DNA from: an uncultured Actinomycetes bacterium
Lineage (GTDB): Bacteria > Actinomycetota > UBA4738 > HRBIN12
Assembly: GCA_963704725.1 (NCBI GenBank)
Contig: OY969934.1
Coordinates: 1,120,001 to 1,184,000, forward strand
Direction of reading: 5' to 3'
Length of the DNA: 64,000 nt
This document shows, piece after piece, positions 29,294-39,793 of the stretch. Numbering within the stretch: the first letter of the stretch is position 1; each line of letters opens with the position of its first letter. Position numbers and translations under genes: made by a program. The notes under the pieces are model-generated. The model saw nothing but the letters and a program-made list of their open reading frames with translations. It ran no database searches and was not told where the DNA came from.

Positions 29294-29830
29294 TCAGCGG
29301 AACGGGGGCGCCTGCTCCAGGGCCTCGGCGAGCGAGGGGTTCGAGCGGTCCCGCTCGGACAGGATCGGGGTGGGGGAGGGCCAGGTGAGGCCGAGGGCGG
29401 GGTCGTCCCAGGCCACGCCGTGCTCGTCGTCCCCCGTGAAGTAGACGTCGACCATGTACAGGAGCAGGACCTCGGTCTCGGCGAAGAAGCCGTGGGCCAC
29501 GCCGGGCGGGATCGACAGCCCGTAGCGCCGCGCGCCGGCGTCGATCCGACGCTGGAACGTGCCCGAACGGCTCGGCGAGCCCGGGCGCAGGTCCACGAGG
29601 GCGACGTGGGCCACCCCGGACAGCACGCACCAGTAGTCGGCCTGGCGAGCGTGCCAGTGCAGGCCCCGGAGCACGCCGGGGTGGGACCAGGAGAGGTTGG
29701 CCTGGAGGACCTCCCGGCCGGCGGGGAGCCAGGACCGGCGGTAGGCCTCGCTCAGCGAGCCCCGCTCGTCCGCGTGCGGCTCGAGGGGCAACAGGTGCGC
29801 TCCGGCGATGTCGAGGTCGTCCGCGGCCAT
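29294..29830 (-). CDS. rmlC: dTDP-4-dehydrorhamnose 3,5-epimerase family, copy 2
   Basis: same motifs as copy 1 and visibly high similarity to it. Confidence 0.85.
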   Translation of the reverse strand: MAADDLDIAGAHLLPLEPHADERGSLSEAYRRSWLPAGREVLQANLSWSHPGVLRGLHWHARQADYWCVLSGVAHVALVDLRPGSPSRSGTFQRRIDAGARRYGLSIPPGVAHGFFAETEVLLLYMVDVYFTGDDEHGVAWDDPALGLTWPSPTPILSERDRSNPSLAEALEQAPPFR

Positions 29831-29938
29831 CGGCGGGCCATCCTACGTGGGGGAGGGCCGTTCGAGCCTGGGTCGGCCTCCGGGCCCATGCTAGAGTCGA
29901 GTGCCGCGTCGCGCCGGCGGGCCGTTCCGGCCGGGCAC

Positions 29939-29964
29939 GCAACCCCCGCTCGGCTTCCGGCGTT
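29939..29964 (+). promoter_or_regulatory. ECF-type promoter, likely autoregulatory
   Basis: GCAAC-N17-CGTT directly upstream of the ECF sigma gene. Confidence 0.6.
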
Positions 29965-29981
29965 TCGTTAGAGGGACAACT

Positions 29982-31587
29982 ATGGTCACCAGGATCACGG
30001 ACCTTCGGACGGAAGGGGACTACCGGTCCCTGGACGACCGCATGCTCGTGCTGGACTTCCAGGCCGGGCAGCCCGAGGCGTTCGTCGAGATCCACCGCCG
30101 GTACGCGCAGCTCGCCAAGCACGTCTGCCTGCGGTTCCTGCCCAACCGGGCCGATGCCGACGAGGCCTTCCAGGAGACGATGATCCGCGTCTACCAGGGC
30201 CTGCACCGCTTCAACGGGCAGTACGCCCTCCAGCCGTGGATCGCCCGGATCGCCACCAACGTGTCGCTCGACCAGATCCGGACCCGGGCCCGCCGGCCCC
30301 AGCTGGACGACGGGATGCTCGAGGACCACGAGCACCAGGATCCCTCCGACGGCCCGGACGAGGTCATCGAGCGCCTCATCCAGCGGGACCTCGTGCTCTC
30401 GGTGCTCTCGGGCCTGCCGTCCTCGCACCGGACCGCGCTCGTGCTCCGCGAGCTCGAGGGGCGCTCCCACAAGGAGATCGCGGTCGCCCTCGACATCACG
30501 CCGGCGCAGGCCAAGGCCCTGATCCACCGGGCCAAGATGAGCTTCCGCCGGAGCTGGCTGATCGCCGTGACGGAGAAGGGCGGACTGGGCGCGATCGCCG
30601 CGTTCCCGCTGGTCTGGATGCTGCGGGCCCTCGACGGGACCCGGAAGGTGGTCGAGAAGGTCGGGGGGCACGCCACGCAGGTGGTCCAGGTGGCCACGCC
30701 GGAGATCGTGACCTCGACCGCGAGCTCGCCGGCCACGGTGAGCGCGGCGACGAACATCACCGAGAAGGTCGTGGCGGCGGGCATGACCCTGCTCGTGGCC
30801 GGCGGGGTCACCGTGGGCGCGGCCACGATCGTCAAGCACCGGGCCGACCGGGACTCGGGCGACCGGGCCGTGCCGGCCGTGGTGGCGGCGCCCTCGGCCT
30901 CGCCCGCCGCGCCCTCGGCCTCGCCCTCCCCGCCGGGGATCCGCGAGCCCAACTCCCAGGAGGTTCAGCACCCGAGACGCCACCCGACGGGCGAGCACGA
31001 GCCCGTGGCCGTGCCCCCGGTGGAGACCTCGCCCACCCCGGACCCCTCGCCGAGCGGCTCGCCCTCGACGGACCCGAGCGAGAGCCCCTCGCCCGACCCG
31101 AGCCCCGTGCCGCCCGCGCGCGCCGGCCTGGAGCTACGCCTTCACGGCCTCCACGGAGTCCGTGGAGACGTGCGCGTGCGACGCCACCACCCGGTCGACG
31201 GGCCTGTTCGTGGACCGCCTGCCCGACGGGATCACGTTCTCCCAGCAGGTCAGCGGGGCCGCCCTGGACTCCGCCGGGGACCCCACCTGGCCCTTCTACC
31301 TGGTCCAGCAGGGCACGCTGGCGCCCGGAGGGTCCCTGTCGTACCACTTCGGGCTCGACTCGGGGGCCGGGCACTTCCTGTACCAGGGGGTCGCCGCCCT
31401 CGGCGAGACCGTGGCCAACGAGGACGGCTCGACCACGTACCACTTCGAGGGGACCTTCGACCTGCTCAGCCCCAGCGCGCCCGCGGCCGGCCTCCCCTAC
31501 CGGGGGTACGTCAGCGCCACGGTCGGCGTCTGGTCGGACGGGACGATCTACACCGGGTCGTTCTCGCTGACCGAGGCCGCGAGCTGA
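29982..31587 (+). CDS. ECF sigma factor with fused TM helix, Pro/Ser linker and extracytoplasmic beta domain; frameshift near 31115
   Basis: sigma2 (DADEAFQET, PWIARIATN), sigma4 (LRELEGRSHKEIA..LIHRA), hydrophobic VVAAGMTLLVAGGVTVGAATIV, PSPS linker, continuing AWSYAFTAST... in the shifted frame. Confidence 0.8.
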
Positions 31588-31834
31588 CATCCCCGAGCAA
31601 CCTTCCCCCCTCCGGATCGTTCTCTGAGTGGGGACCGGCGTGGTCCGGTCTGTTGCGTGAGCACGAAAGGGGGGGACGGATGGCCCCGGCGGCGGACGGG
31701 CCGGGGCCCGGGGAGCGGGCGGAGTGGTTGACCGGCAGCGAACGGCCATCTAGCATCCGACCGACCTCCCGCAGGGGCGTGACCCCCTGCGCAGCAACGC
31801 TTTGTTGGAGCGGAGGAGAGAAAGGAGTCTGTGT

Positions 31835-33726
31835 ATGAGCTTTCTCCGTAGAGGAGAAACTCGGCCAGGACTGGCCAGGACGGCAGCGGTAACGGTCTAT
31901 CTCGCTGGCGTCGTTCCAGGCCCTGGCGATCGTCGGAGCCCAGGTGGCTCAGGCCGTGGGGACGTGCACCTACAACCCCGCGACCCAGGCGATCAACATC
32001 ACGCTGGCCACGCCCAGCGACGAGGGCGTCGTCGCGGTGGAGACGGCGGCGGACGACCTCGACGCCGAGTCGGCGCCGGGGGCCATCCTGTTCATCCCGA
32101 CGGGACGTTCCCGTACGACTTCGACCCGGACGCTGAACAGCGCCCAGTGCGGGAGCGCCACGAACACGAACACCACGTCGATCGTGGTGCTCGGCTCGCC
32201 GAACGGTGACGAGTTCTTCGCCATCGACAACCTCGACGGCGCCGAGTTCAACACGGCCATCACGTGGGCCGTCGACATGGGTGGCAACACCGTCGGTGGG
32301 ACGGACGAGTTCGAGATCGACGCCGCCGACCAGACCTCTGGCGGCGACAACATCGTCCTGACCAGCAGCACGTTCACCCTGAACGGCGGCGGTGGGCCGC
32401 TGCTCGGCGTCGAGACCATCCAGGTCTTCGGCGGCGACGGCGACGACGTGGTCGACGGCTCGGCCGTCGGCGCCGGCACGACCCTGTTCCTCGAGGGCGA
32501 CGCCGGAGACGACTGGCTCGCGCCCGGCCTCGCGGCACCGCAGACGGTGGCCGCGACGCCGATCGGCGACGAGGTCTTCGGCGGCGCCGGGACCGACACG
32601 CTCAGCTACGGGACGCGGACCGACAGCACGGTCATCGACAACCGTCCGGGCCTCGCCGGCCACGACGCGAACGGTGACTGCGACGTGCTGGACATCGGCG
32701 ACGAGGCCGACGTCCTGGACGACGTGTTCGAGATCCTGCAGACCGGCTCGGGCAACGACTGCCTGATCGGCGACGGCGGCGGGGTCGACGAGACGTTCAT
32801 CCCCGGCGACGGTGACGACGACATCACCGGCGACGCTGCCGACGACGACGTCATCGACTGGTCGAGCTCCTCGGCCGCGATGTCGATCGACCCGGCCAAC
32901 GGCACGGCCACCGGACAGGGCACCGACACCTACACCGACGTGTTCAACTTCGTCGGCTCGGCGTTCGACGACGTCCTGCTCTGGGACGGGACGACCGACG
33001 GGTTCGTCGGCGGCGACGGGGTCGACACGGTCGACGCCACGGCGGCGGTGACCGGCCAGGTCATCAACCTGGAGACGCTGGACAACCTGGGCGGCCTCGA
33101 GGTCGACACGCTCGAGAACGCGCTCGGTGGATCGGGCAACGACACGCTGACCGGCAACGACCTGCGGAACAACCTCGTGGGCAACGACGGCGACGACACG
33201 CTGAACGGTGCAGCCGGCAACGACTCGCTCGAAGGTGGGCTCGGCAACGACACCTTCTTCGGCGGCGTCGGGGCCGACCGGGTCAGCTTCGCCGCATCGG
33301 CGAACGGCGTGACGGCCGACCTCAGTCTCGGATTCGCCAGCGGCGAGGGCGATGACGCCTTCGGCCTGGACGTCGAGATCCTGGTCGGGTCCGACCACAA
33401 CGACACGTTCACCGGCGGCGGCGGGGCCACCACCCGGAACTTCCTGTTCCTGGGTGGCAAGGGCAACGACTCGCTGACGGGTTCGGGCAGCAACGACACG
33501 CTGCGCGGCGGTGGCGGCAACGACATCACCCGCGGCGCCAGTGGTGACGACACGATGTTCGGCGGCAAGGGCAACGACCGGATGTTCGGCGGTGCCGGCA
33601 CCGACATCGGCAAGGGCGGCCCTGGTGACGACGTCTGCAAGGGCGTCGAGATCGCCAAGAGCTGCGGAAGCCAGAGGCAACCCGGGTCGTACGGGCCTGG
33701 CTGCGCACGTCGCTCGCCTCGTCTAG
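31835..33726 (+). CDS. secreted RTX/hemolysin-type Ca-binding repeat protein 1, frameshifted
   Basis: many GGxGxDxL nonapeptides; AAAGGAG RBS; shifts near 31915, about 32100-32130 and 33670. Confidence 0.8.
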
Positions 33727-33751
33727 CACCACACAGCATCACGCACCGAAC

Positions 33752-33785
33752 GGGACCGGCCCCCGAAAGGGGGCCGGTTCTGTTT
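33752..33785 (+). terminator. intrinsic terminator
   Basis: ACCGGCCCCC-GAAA-GGGGGCCGGT followed by TCTGTTT. Confidence 0.75.
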
Positions 33786-33889
33786 GTGCGGAATGGGCGG
33801 CCCCGGACCGATCGCAGTGGGATCCAGTCGCAGGCAGCCGAACTACTGTAGACGCATGAGACGTCCCGATCGGTTCCCCGCAATCGGCC

Positions 33890-33918
33890 TTGATTCCCCG
33901 CACAACCCTGCATAGGGT
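33890..33918 (+). promoter_or_regulatory. sigma-70 promoter
   Basis: TTGATT-N17-TAGGGT upstream of RTX gene 2. Confidence 0.5.
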
Positions 33919-33971
33919 GACCTGAACCCGGATGGGCCGATCCGGGACGCCTTCTCAAACGGGAGGTTCGC

Positions 33972-35846
33972 ATGCACAGAGCACGTTCGTTCACCCATGC
34001 CCGAGCGAGGCGCCGGCTCGGAGCGGCGCTATCCACCCTCGCGCTCGCGGCGTTCATCGTCGGTCTGACGGCGATCCCAGCGTTCGCGGCGGTCTCGTGC
34101 TCAGGTGGGGCGACGATGACGATCGACGTGACAGCCGGAACGGCGTTCACGATCTCTCTGAGCGGTGCACCGGCTCCGTTCGACATCGACGTGACCCCGA
34201 ACGATGGGTCGTGCGGCACATTCGACACTGGAACGGTGACATCGATCCACGTGAACGGGCTCGACGGCCAGAACGACAGCCTCACGATCGACCAGAGTGG
34301 AGCGGCAGCGTTCCCGGTGGGGAGCACCGCGACGTTCGTCCTCGCGATGGGGACGGGCACCGACTCGCTCGCGATCACGGGAGCAGCAGGCGCCGACGTC
34401 ATCGGGCTCGGCGCGAACGGCATCAGCCTCGATTCCGGACAGACTCCAGATGTGACGGGAACCGGCACCGTGGAGACCTTCACCGTGAACTCCGGGGCCG
34501 GCGACGATCAGGTCTCTGGGGCCGGAGGCGGCGGGCTCGGCGGCGTGTTCACGGCCGCGCTCGTGCTGAACGGCAGCGACGGGGCGGACAACCTGGCCGG
34601 CGGCAGCGGCGCCGACACCATCAACGGCGGGAACGGCAACGACACCCTGGCGGGCAACGACGGCAACGACACCGTCAACGGCGGGACCGACAGCGGCGCC
34701 GACTCGATGACCGGAGGTAACGGGACGGACACGCTGTCGTACTCCGGCGTGTCGGGTGCCGTGACGGTCAACCTCGCCACGACCACGGCGCAGACCACCG
34801 GCGGGGCGGGGAGCGACACGATCAACACGTTCGAGAATCTCGTCGGCGGGATCGGCGAGCCGACACGCTGACCGGCACCACGACCGACAACACGCTCACC
34901 GGAGGGAGCGGCAACGACACGCTCACCGGCGGGACCGGCAACGACTCGCTCCAGGGCGACGACGGCGACGACACGCTGGTCCCCGGCGCCGGCAACGACA
35001 TCGTGACCGGGGCCGCGGGGACCGACACCGTCAGCTACAGCGGATCAGACGGCCGCGATCACGGTCGACCTCAACATCGCGACCGGTCAGAACACCGTGG
35101 GAGCGGGCACCGACACGATCACGACGGTCGAGAACGCGACGGGCGGGACCGGCACGGACACGCTGCTCGGGAACTCCGGCGTGAACGTCCTGACCGGCGG
35201 CGACGGCAACGACCTGCTGAACGGGCGGGACGGGAACGACTCGATGGTCGGCGGGAACGGCACCGACACCGTCGACTTCTCGGCCGCGACGGCCGGGGTC
35301 ACCGTGAACCTCGGGGCGGGGACCGCGACGGGACTCGGCACCGACACGCTCTCGGGGATCGAGGCCGTGAACGGGTCCGCGTTCGACGACTCGCTCACCG
35401 GTGGCGCCGCCGCGGACATCCTTAACGGAGCCGCCGGCAACGACACGCTCGACGGCGCGGCCAGCGGCGACACGCTGAACGGCGGCGACGGCGATGACTC
35501 GCTGACGGGCGGCGACGGTGCCGACCATATGAACGGTGGCGCCGGCAACGACCTCTTCCTGGGCGTGGGCGGCAACGACGCCATGGTCGGTGGCGCCGGC
35601 AACGACCGGATGAACGGCGGCGACGGCAAGGACACCGCCACCGGCAGGTCCGGCAACGACACCCTCAAGGGGGGCAAGGGCAAGGACACGCTCTCCGGCG
35701 GCAAGGGCGACGACGGCCTCCGCGGCGGCAGCGGGAACGACAACCTGAGGGGCGGCGGCGGGAACGATACGCTCCGCGGCGGCCCCGGCACCGACACCTG
35801 CCGGCCGGGCCCCGGGAACGACTCCGAGGCGAGCTGCGAGAACTAG
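33972..35846 (+). CDS. secreted RTX/hemolysin-type Ca-binding repeat protein 2, frameshifts near 34860 and 35045
   Basis: Sec signal (..IPAFA), GGxGNDTL repeats, [14 protein letters not shown] blocks, ends DTC...SCEN. Confidence 0.82.
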
Positions 35847-35869
35847 GACCAGCGGATCGCGCGATCACG

Positions 35870-35897
35870 AGGGGCCGGGCGTCGCGCCCGGCCCCTT
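35870..35897 (+). terminator. intrinsic terminator
   Basis: AGGGGCCGGGCG-TCG-CGCCCGGCCCCTT. Confidence 0.7.
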
Positions 35898-36005
35898 GCG
35901 TATGAGCCGCCCGGATGCCGGATGCGCCGGGGCCGCCGTGTCGGTGGCTGCCGCCAGCTTCAACGGATCCCCCTTGTGACGCGCGGTTGTGTGGATTCGG
36001 TCTGG

Positions 36006-36305
36006 ATGGGGACAATTCCCGTAGATGACCGAGCCCGGCACTGCCTGTACCAGAAGCTGGAGGAGATTCTCGGGGCCGAGGAGGCCGGGACGTTGATGAA
36101 CCACTTGCCTCCCGCCGGTCTGGGCGATCTCGCCACGAAGGCGGACGTGCAGGGGCTGAGAACCGAGCTGCAGGCGCTCGAGCAACGGCTCACTGCCGAG
36201 TTCAGGGCACAGGTCGAGCAGGCCGGTCGTCGGCTCGTCATGTGGATGTCGTGCATGGTGCTCGCGACCGCCGCCCTCGCCTTCGCCGCCGGCCGGTTCG
36301 CATGA
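36006..36305 (+). CDS. DUF1640/CCDC90-like coiled-coil protein with C-terminal membrane anchor
   Basis: LY.KL.E.LG.EEA.TLM..LPP, LATKADV..L..EL beta-layer motif, terminal hydrophobic helix. Confidence 0.75.
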   Translation: MGTIPVDDRARHCLYQKLEEILGAEEAGTLMNHLPPAGLGDLATKADVQGLRTELQALEQRLTAEFRAQVEQAGRRLVMWMSCMVLATAALAFAAGRFA

Positions 36306-36345
36306 CCTCGAGCGGCGAGACGCGCTCGACCATCAGTGGCCGGTG

Positions 36346-36432
36346 CTAGTGCCTCGTGAGTGAAGTCTTCTCACGCGCGGCCTTCCGAATCAACACGTCG
36401 GCCTCCTTGGTCCACTCGAAGGGTTTGCGCTG
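36346..36432 (-). mobile_element. IS630-family remnant (transposase C-terminus and right end)
   Basis: minus strand reads RKPFEWTKEADVLIRKAAREKTSLTRH*, like the IS630 terminal PF.WTK.AD.IL.K..R...S.T.H*; the stop lies in the terminal TAG. Confidence 0.6.
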
Positions 36433-36518
36433 GCCCCTTAGGCGAGGCCGGCCCGGATCTGGGGCCGCCTTCTCGTTCTTGCCGGCGGTGGCGTCGCGAC
36501 ACGATCCGGGTTGACTCC

Positions 36519-37049
36519 ATGTCGTTCTCGGGTGCTAGCGTCCCGATCGTGGAAGGCGCGACCTGGACCGCGATCGGCCTGCTCGGAGGGACCCTGGTCG
36601 CCTTCCTCGGCGTCTTCTCCTTCTTCGGCTCCAAGATCGACGGTCTCGGCGCGCGACTCGACGCCAAGATCGACGGTCTCGGCGCGCGACTCGACGCCAG
36701 GATCGACGCGCAGGGTGCCGATCTCGGCGCCAGGATCGACGCGCAGGGTGCCGACCTCGGCGCCAGGATCGACGCGCAGGGTGCCGATCTCCACGCACAG
36801 GGCGCCGACCTCGGCGCCAGGATCGACGCGCAGGGCGCCGATCTCCACGCACAGGGCGCCGACCTCCGTGCCAGGATCGACGCGCAGGGCGCGGAGCTGG
36901 GCGGCAGGATCGACGCGCTGGGCTCCAACCTCGGCACCAGGATCGACGCCCTCGGTGCCCGAGTCGACACGTTGAGCGCGGACCTCGGCGGCAGGATCGA
37001 CGCGCTGAGCGCCCGGATGGACGATCACCTGCGGCACGCGGCCGGGTAG
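36519..37049 (+). CDS. N-terminal TM helix plus hendecad coiled-coil repeat protein
   Basis: hydrophobic WTAIGLLGGTLVAFLGVFSFF then (IDAQGADLGAR)n. Confidence 0.75.
   Translation: MSFSGASVPIVEGATWTAIGLLGGTLVAFLGVFSFFGSKIDGLGARLDAKIDGLGARLDARIDAQGADLGARIDAQGADLGARIDAQGADLHAQGADLGARIDAQGADLHAQGADLRARIDAQGAELGGRIDALGSNLGTRIDALGARVDTLSADLGGRIDALSARMDDHLRHAAG
36631..37012 (+). repeat. coding tandem repeat, 33-bp unit with 21-bp inserts
   Basis: CCAAGATCGACGGTCTCGGCGCGCGACTCGACG x2, then CCAGGATCGACGCGCAGGGTGCCGATCTCGGCG variants. Confidence 0.9.
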
Positions 37050-37057
37050 CGAAGAAC

Positions 37058-38242
37058 CTAGGCTTCGCCGGGGTCCGGCCCCGGGAGCACGAGGATCGCG
37101 TTGCTGAGCTGACGCTGGCGGCGGTCCGAGGGATGGTTCACGACCTCGCCCTCCACCACCATCTCGGTGGAGCCGCCGCCGTCGAGGTTGAGGGCGTTCA
37201 CCGCGCCGAGGTCCCGCATGATGTGCGCGAACTGGTCCAGCGTCGGCCCCACCGACCAGCGCGGCTGCCGGCCGTCCACCACGACCATGAGGATCTTCCC
37301 CCCGGCGGTGACGCCGATCCCGGTCCGGGGCTGGGATCCGCATCCGGAGTTGCACTCCCCGAGGATCTGGCCGTCCTGGATCATCAGCGGCGCCCCGCCC
37401 ACCGCGTCGAGCACGCCCGGCCATCCCACGGTCCAGTGCATGCGGATCGGCGTTCCGGGCGCGAGGGCGAGGAGCTGCGTCGCCTCGTCCGTCGCGGGCG
37501 GCGCCGAGATCACGATGCCGCCGCCTCGGTCCATGAACGACTCGGTGCATGCCGCGGTGTCGACGACGAAGTCTCGGTTGATGCCCTCGTCCGGGGCGAG
37601 CCGGACCGGGTCCTGGGGCAGGAGCCGCACCGAGCACGCGAATCCCGGAGGCCGCTCCAGCGAACCGCCGAGCGGCGTGAATCCGGCGAGCTCGCCCGGG
37701 AGCGGCGCGCCGTCGTTCCATCGGTCGAGGCGGTACGTGACGCCGGTGGTTCGGTTGGTCATCGTGACGCGGACGGAGGGCGGCCCGACGAACACCGTGC
37801 TCTCGTCGGCGGAGATGGCGAACAGGCTCGCCCCCTGCGCGGACGTCTGCACGAGCTCGCCGTCCTGCATCATCGCGTGCACGGGCCGGCCGATGCCGTA
37901 GTCCCCGTTGATGGCGGCGATCGCGTCGTGCGCGTTCGCGATCCTGGTCAGCTCGCGGTGCGCGGGGAGCGTGGCCTCGGCGAGCGCGACGTCGAGCGTC
38001 ACGGCCTTCGCCGGGTCCATCTTGAGGATGAACGTGCGGCGCGGGACCTTGCGCTCGATGATCCTGATGAACGTCAGGCCGGGCGCGATCTTGCGCGTCT
38101 TGACGATCTTGCGGCTCGGCCGCGCGGCATCACGCGGTGCGCGGTCCGCCGCGGCGGGGACGCTCGCGAGCGATGCCGTCACGCAGGCCGCCAAGGCGGC
38201 GACGATCGCGCGACGACGGATGGTAGGTTTCACGGCAACCAA
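37058..38242 (-). CDS. secreted phosphodiester glycosidase (NAGPA/DUF2233) family protein
   Basis: AAINGDY, AVGGAP, PRTGIG, VVVDGRQ..S.G, ALNLDGGGS, VNHPSD. Confidence 0.88.
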   Translation of the reverse strand: MVAVKPTIRRRAIVAALAACVTASLASVPAAADRAPRDAARPSRKIVKTRKIAPGLTFIRIIERKVPRRTFILKMDPAKAVTLDVALAEATLPAHRELTRIANAHDAIAAINGDYGIGRPVHAMMQDGELVQTSAQGASLFAISADESTVFVGPPSVRVTMTNRTTGVTYRLDRWNDGAPLPGELAGFTPLGGSLERPPGFACSVRLLPQDPVRLAPDEGINRDFVVDTAACTESFMDRGGGIVISAPPATDEATQLLALAPGTPIRMHWTVGWPGVLDAVGGAPLMIQDGQILGECNSGCGSQPRTGIGVTAGGKILMVVVDGRQPRWSVGPTLDQFAHIMRDLGAVNALNLDGGGSTEMVVEGEVVNHPSDRRQRQLSNAILVLPGPDPGEA

Positions 38243-38256
38243 TCCTAGAGGACGCC

Positions 38257-39489
38257 GTGCGTCGAGCCATCTCCATCGTGGTCATTGTGGTCTGCGCGTT
38301 CGCAATCGTGGACACAGACCGTGCACATGCGGCGTCATCGGCCTGGTCCTCCGCGAACGGCATCCTCGCGTTCCGCTCCGATCGCGACGGCGAGCCCGAC
38401 GTGTTCACCATGGACGCGACGGGCGCGAGCCAGACGAGCCTCACCGCGAACTCGGGCCTCGCCGACACGCAGCCCGCGTGGTCGCCGGACGGGCGGCGGA
38501 TCGCGTTCGTCCGCCGGACGGGCGAGCACGGCAAGCCGGACCTGTACTCGATCAGCAAGACCGGGTCGGGGCGCGCCCGCATCACGAGGACCAGCGTGCC
38601 CGAGCGCGATCCGGCGTGGTCGCCGGACGGCACGCACATCGCGTTCGCGGCGCGCACGAGCCTCGGCGGACCGTTCCGGATCTTCGTGACCCAGCCGGAC
38701 GGCGCCGGCATCGATCAGCTCACGACGCAGCCCGCCGGAACGGCCGATCGCTCGCCGGTGTGGTCGCCCGACGGCTCGAGGATCGCGTTCGTCTCGGACC
38801 GCAACGGTGGGTTCCCCGAGATCTACACGATGAACGCCGACGGCACGGGGGTGCACCGGTTGACGTCGAACTCGTTCGTCGACGGGAACCCGTCGTGGTC
38901 GCCCGACGGGACGAGGATCCTCGTCGAGCGCTGCTGCGAGGGCGGCTCCTCCGAGATCTACGCGATCGACCTCGCCACGCAAGCCGAGACCGACCTGACG
39001 AACACTCCCTCGTCGATGGACTTCGACCCCGTGTGGTCCCCGGACGGAGCGCAGATCGCCTTCGTCTCGTTCCTGGTCGGGGAGGGCAACCCCGACATCT
39101 GGACGATGAACGCGGACGGCTCGGGACAGACCCGGCTCACGAACGACCCGGCCGCCGACCTCGCGCCCGACTGGCAGCCCGATCCGAGGTGCACCATCCG
39201 CGGGACGCCGGGCCCCGACCCGGCTTTGGTCGGCACGGACGGCGACGACGTGATCTGCGCGCTGGCCGGCGACGATCTCGTGCAGGGCGGGCTCGGCAGG
39301 GATCTCATCCTGGGCGGCGCCGGCAACGACACCCTGAACGGCGACGACGACGCGGATCTGATCGTCGGCGGGGGTGGGGACGACACGCTGGACGGCGGCA
39401 ACGCCTTCGACGCCCTGGACGGCGAGCAGGGATTCGATACCTGCTTCCCCGGCCCGGACGGCGCGTTCTTCCGCCTCTGCGAGGCGTAG
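38257..39489 (+). CDS. secreted TolB-like PD40 beta-propeller with C-terminal RTX Ca-binding repeats
   Basis: repeated P.WSPDG..IAF; CTI.GT.G.D; GGxGxD repeats. Confidence 0.88.
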   Translation: MRRAISIVVIVVCAFAIVDTDRAHAASSAWSSANGILAFRSDRDGEPDVFTMDATGASQTSLTANSGLADTQPAWSPDGRRIAFVRRTGEHGKPDLYSISKTGSGRARITRTSVPERDPAWSPDGTHIAFAARTSLGGPFRIFVTQPDGAGIDQLTTQPAGTADRSPVWSPDGSRIAFVSDRNGGFPEIYTMNADGTGVHRLTSNSFVDGNPSWSPDGTRILVERCCEGGSSEIYAIDLATQAETDLTNTPSSMDFDPVWSPDGAQIAFVSFLVGEGNPDIWTMNADGSGQTRLTNDPAADLAPDWQPDPRCTIRGTPGPDPALVGTDGDDVICALAGDDLVQGGLGRDLILGGAGNDTLNGDDDADLIVGGGGDDTLDGGNAFDALDGEQGFDTCFPGPDGAFFRLCEA

Positions 39490-39509
39490 CACGCTCGAGG
39501 ATCCAGATC

Positions 39510-39545
39510 ACTGTGGTAGACTGTGGCCCATGTCCCGGACTGTGG
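39510..39545. promoter_or_regulatory. direct-repeat operator of the VapBC operon
   Basis: ACTGTGG at 39510, 39520 and 39539, around a TAGACT hexamer. Confidence 0.5.
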
Positions 39546-39554
39546 AGCCAGACG

Positions 39555-39788
39555 ATGGCGAGGAAGAACCTGACCGTCCAGCTCGATGAGGACGTGATCC
39601 GTCGCGCCAAGGTGGTCGCCGCCAAGCGGGGCACGTCCGTCAGCGGTTTGGTGGCTCGAGACCTGGAGGAGCTGGTCGCGAACGACGCTCGCTACGAGGA
39701 GTCCTGGCGGCGTGCTCGCGACCTCATGACCGGGTCGATCCCCAGAGGCGGGAGGACCTGGCGCCGCGACGAGATCCACGAACGGTAG
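39555..39788 (+). CDS. RHH antitoxin (VapB-like)
   Basis: KNLTVQLDEDVIRRAKVVAA.RGTSVS.LV; W.RDEIHER tail. Confidence 0.82.
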   Translation: MARKNLTVQLDEDVIRRAKVVAAKRGTSVSGLVARDLEELVANDARYEESWRRARDLMTGSIPRGGRTWRRDEIHER

Positions 39789-39793
39789 CGGCG

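Noticed and set aside
23874-35897. Similar GCCGGCC-stem hairpins (23874, 27893, 33752, 35870) as integron attC or REP elements
   Set aside because: Each sits just after a stop codon like an ordinary terminator, with no GTTRRRY/RYYYAAC ends and no integrase.
36631-37012. 33-bp repeats as a CRISPR array
   Set aside because: The units are contiguous, have no unique spacers, stay in frame within a CDS, and no cas genes are present.
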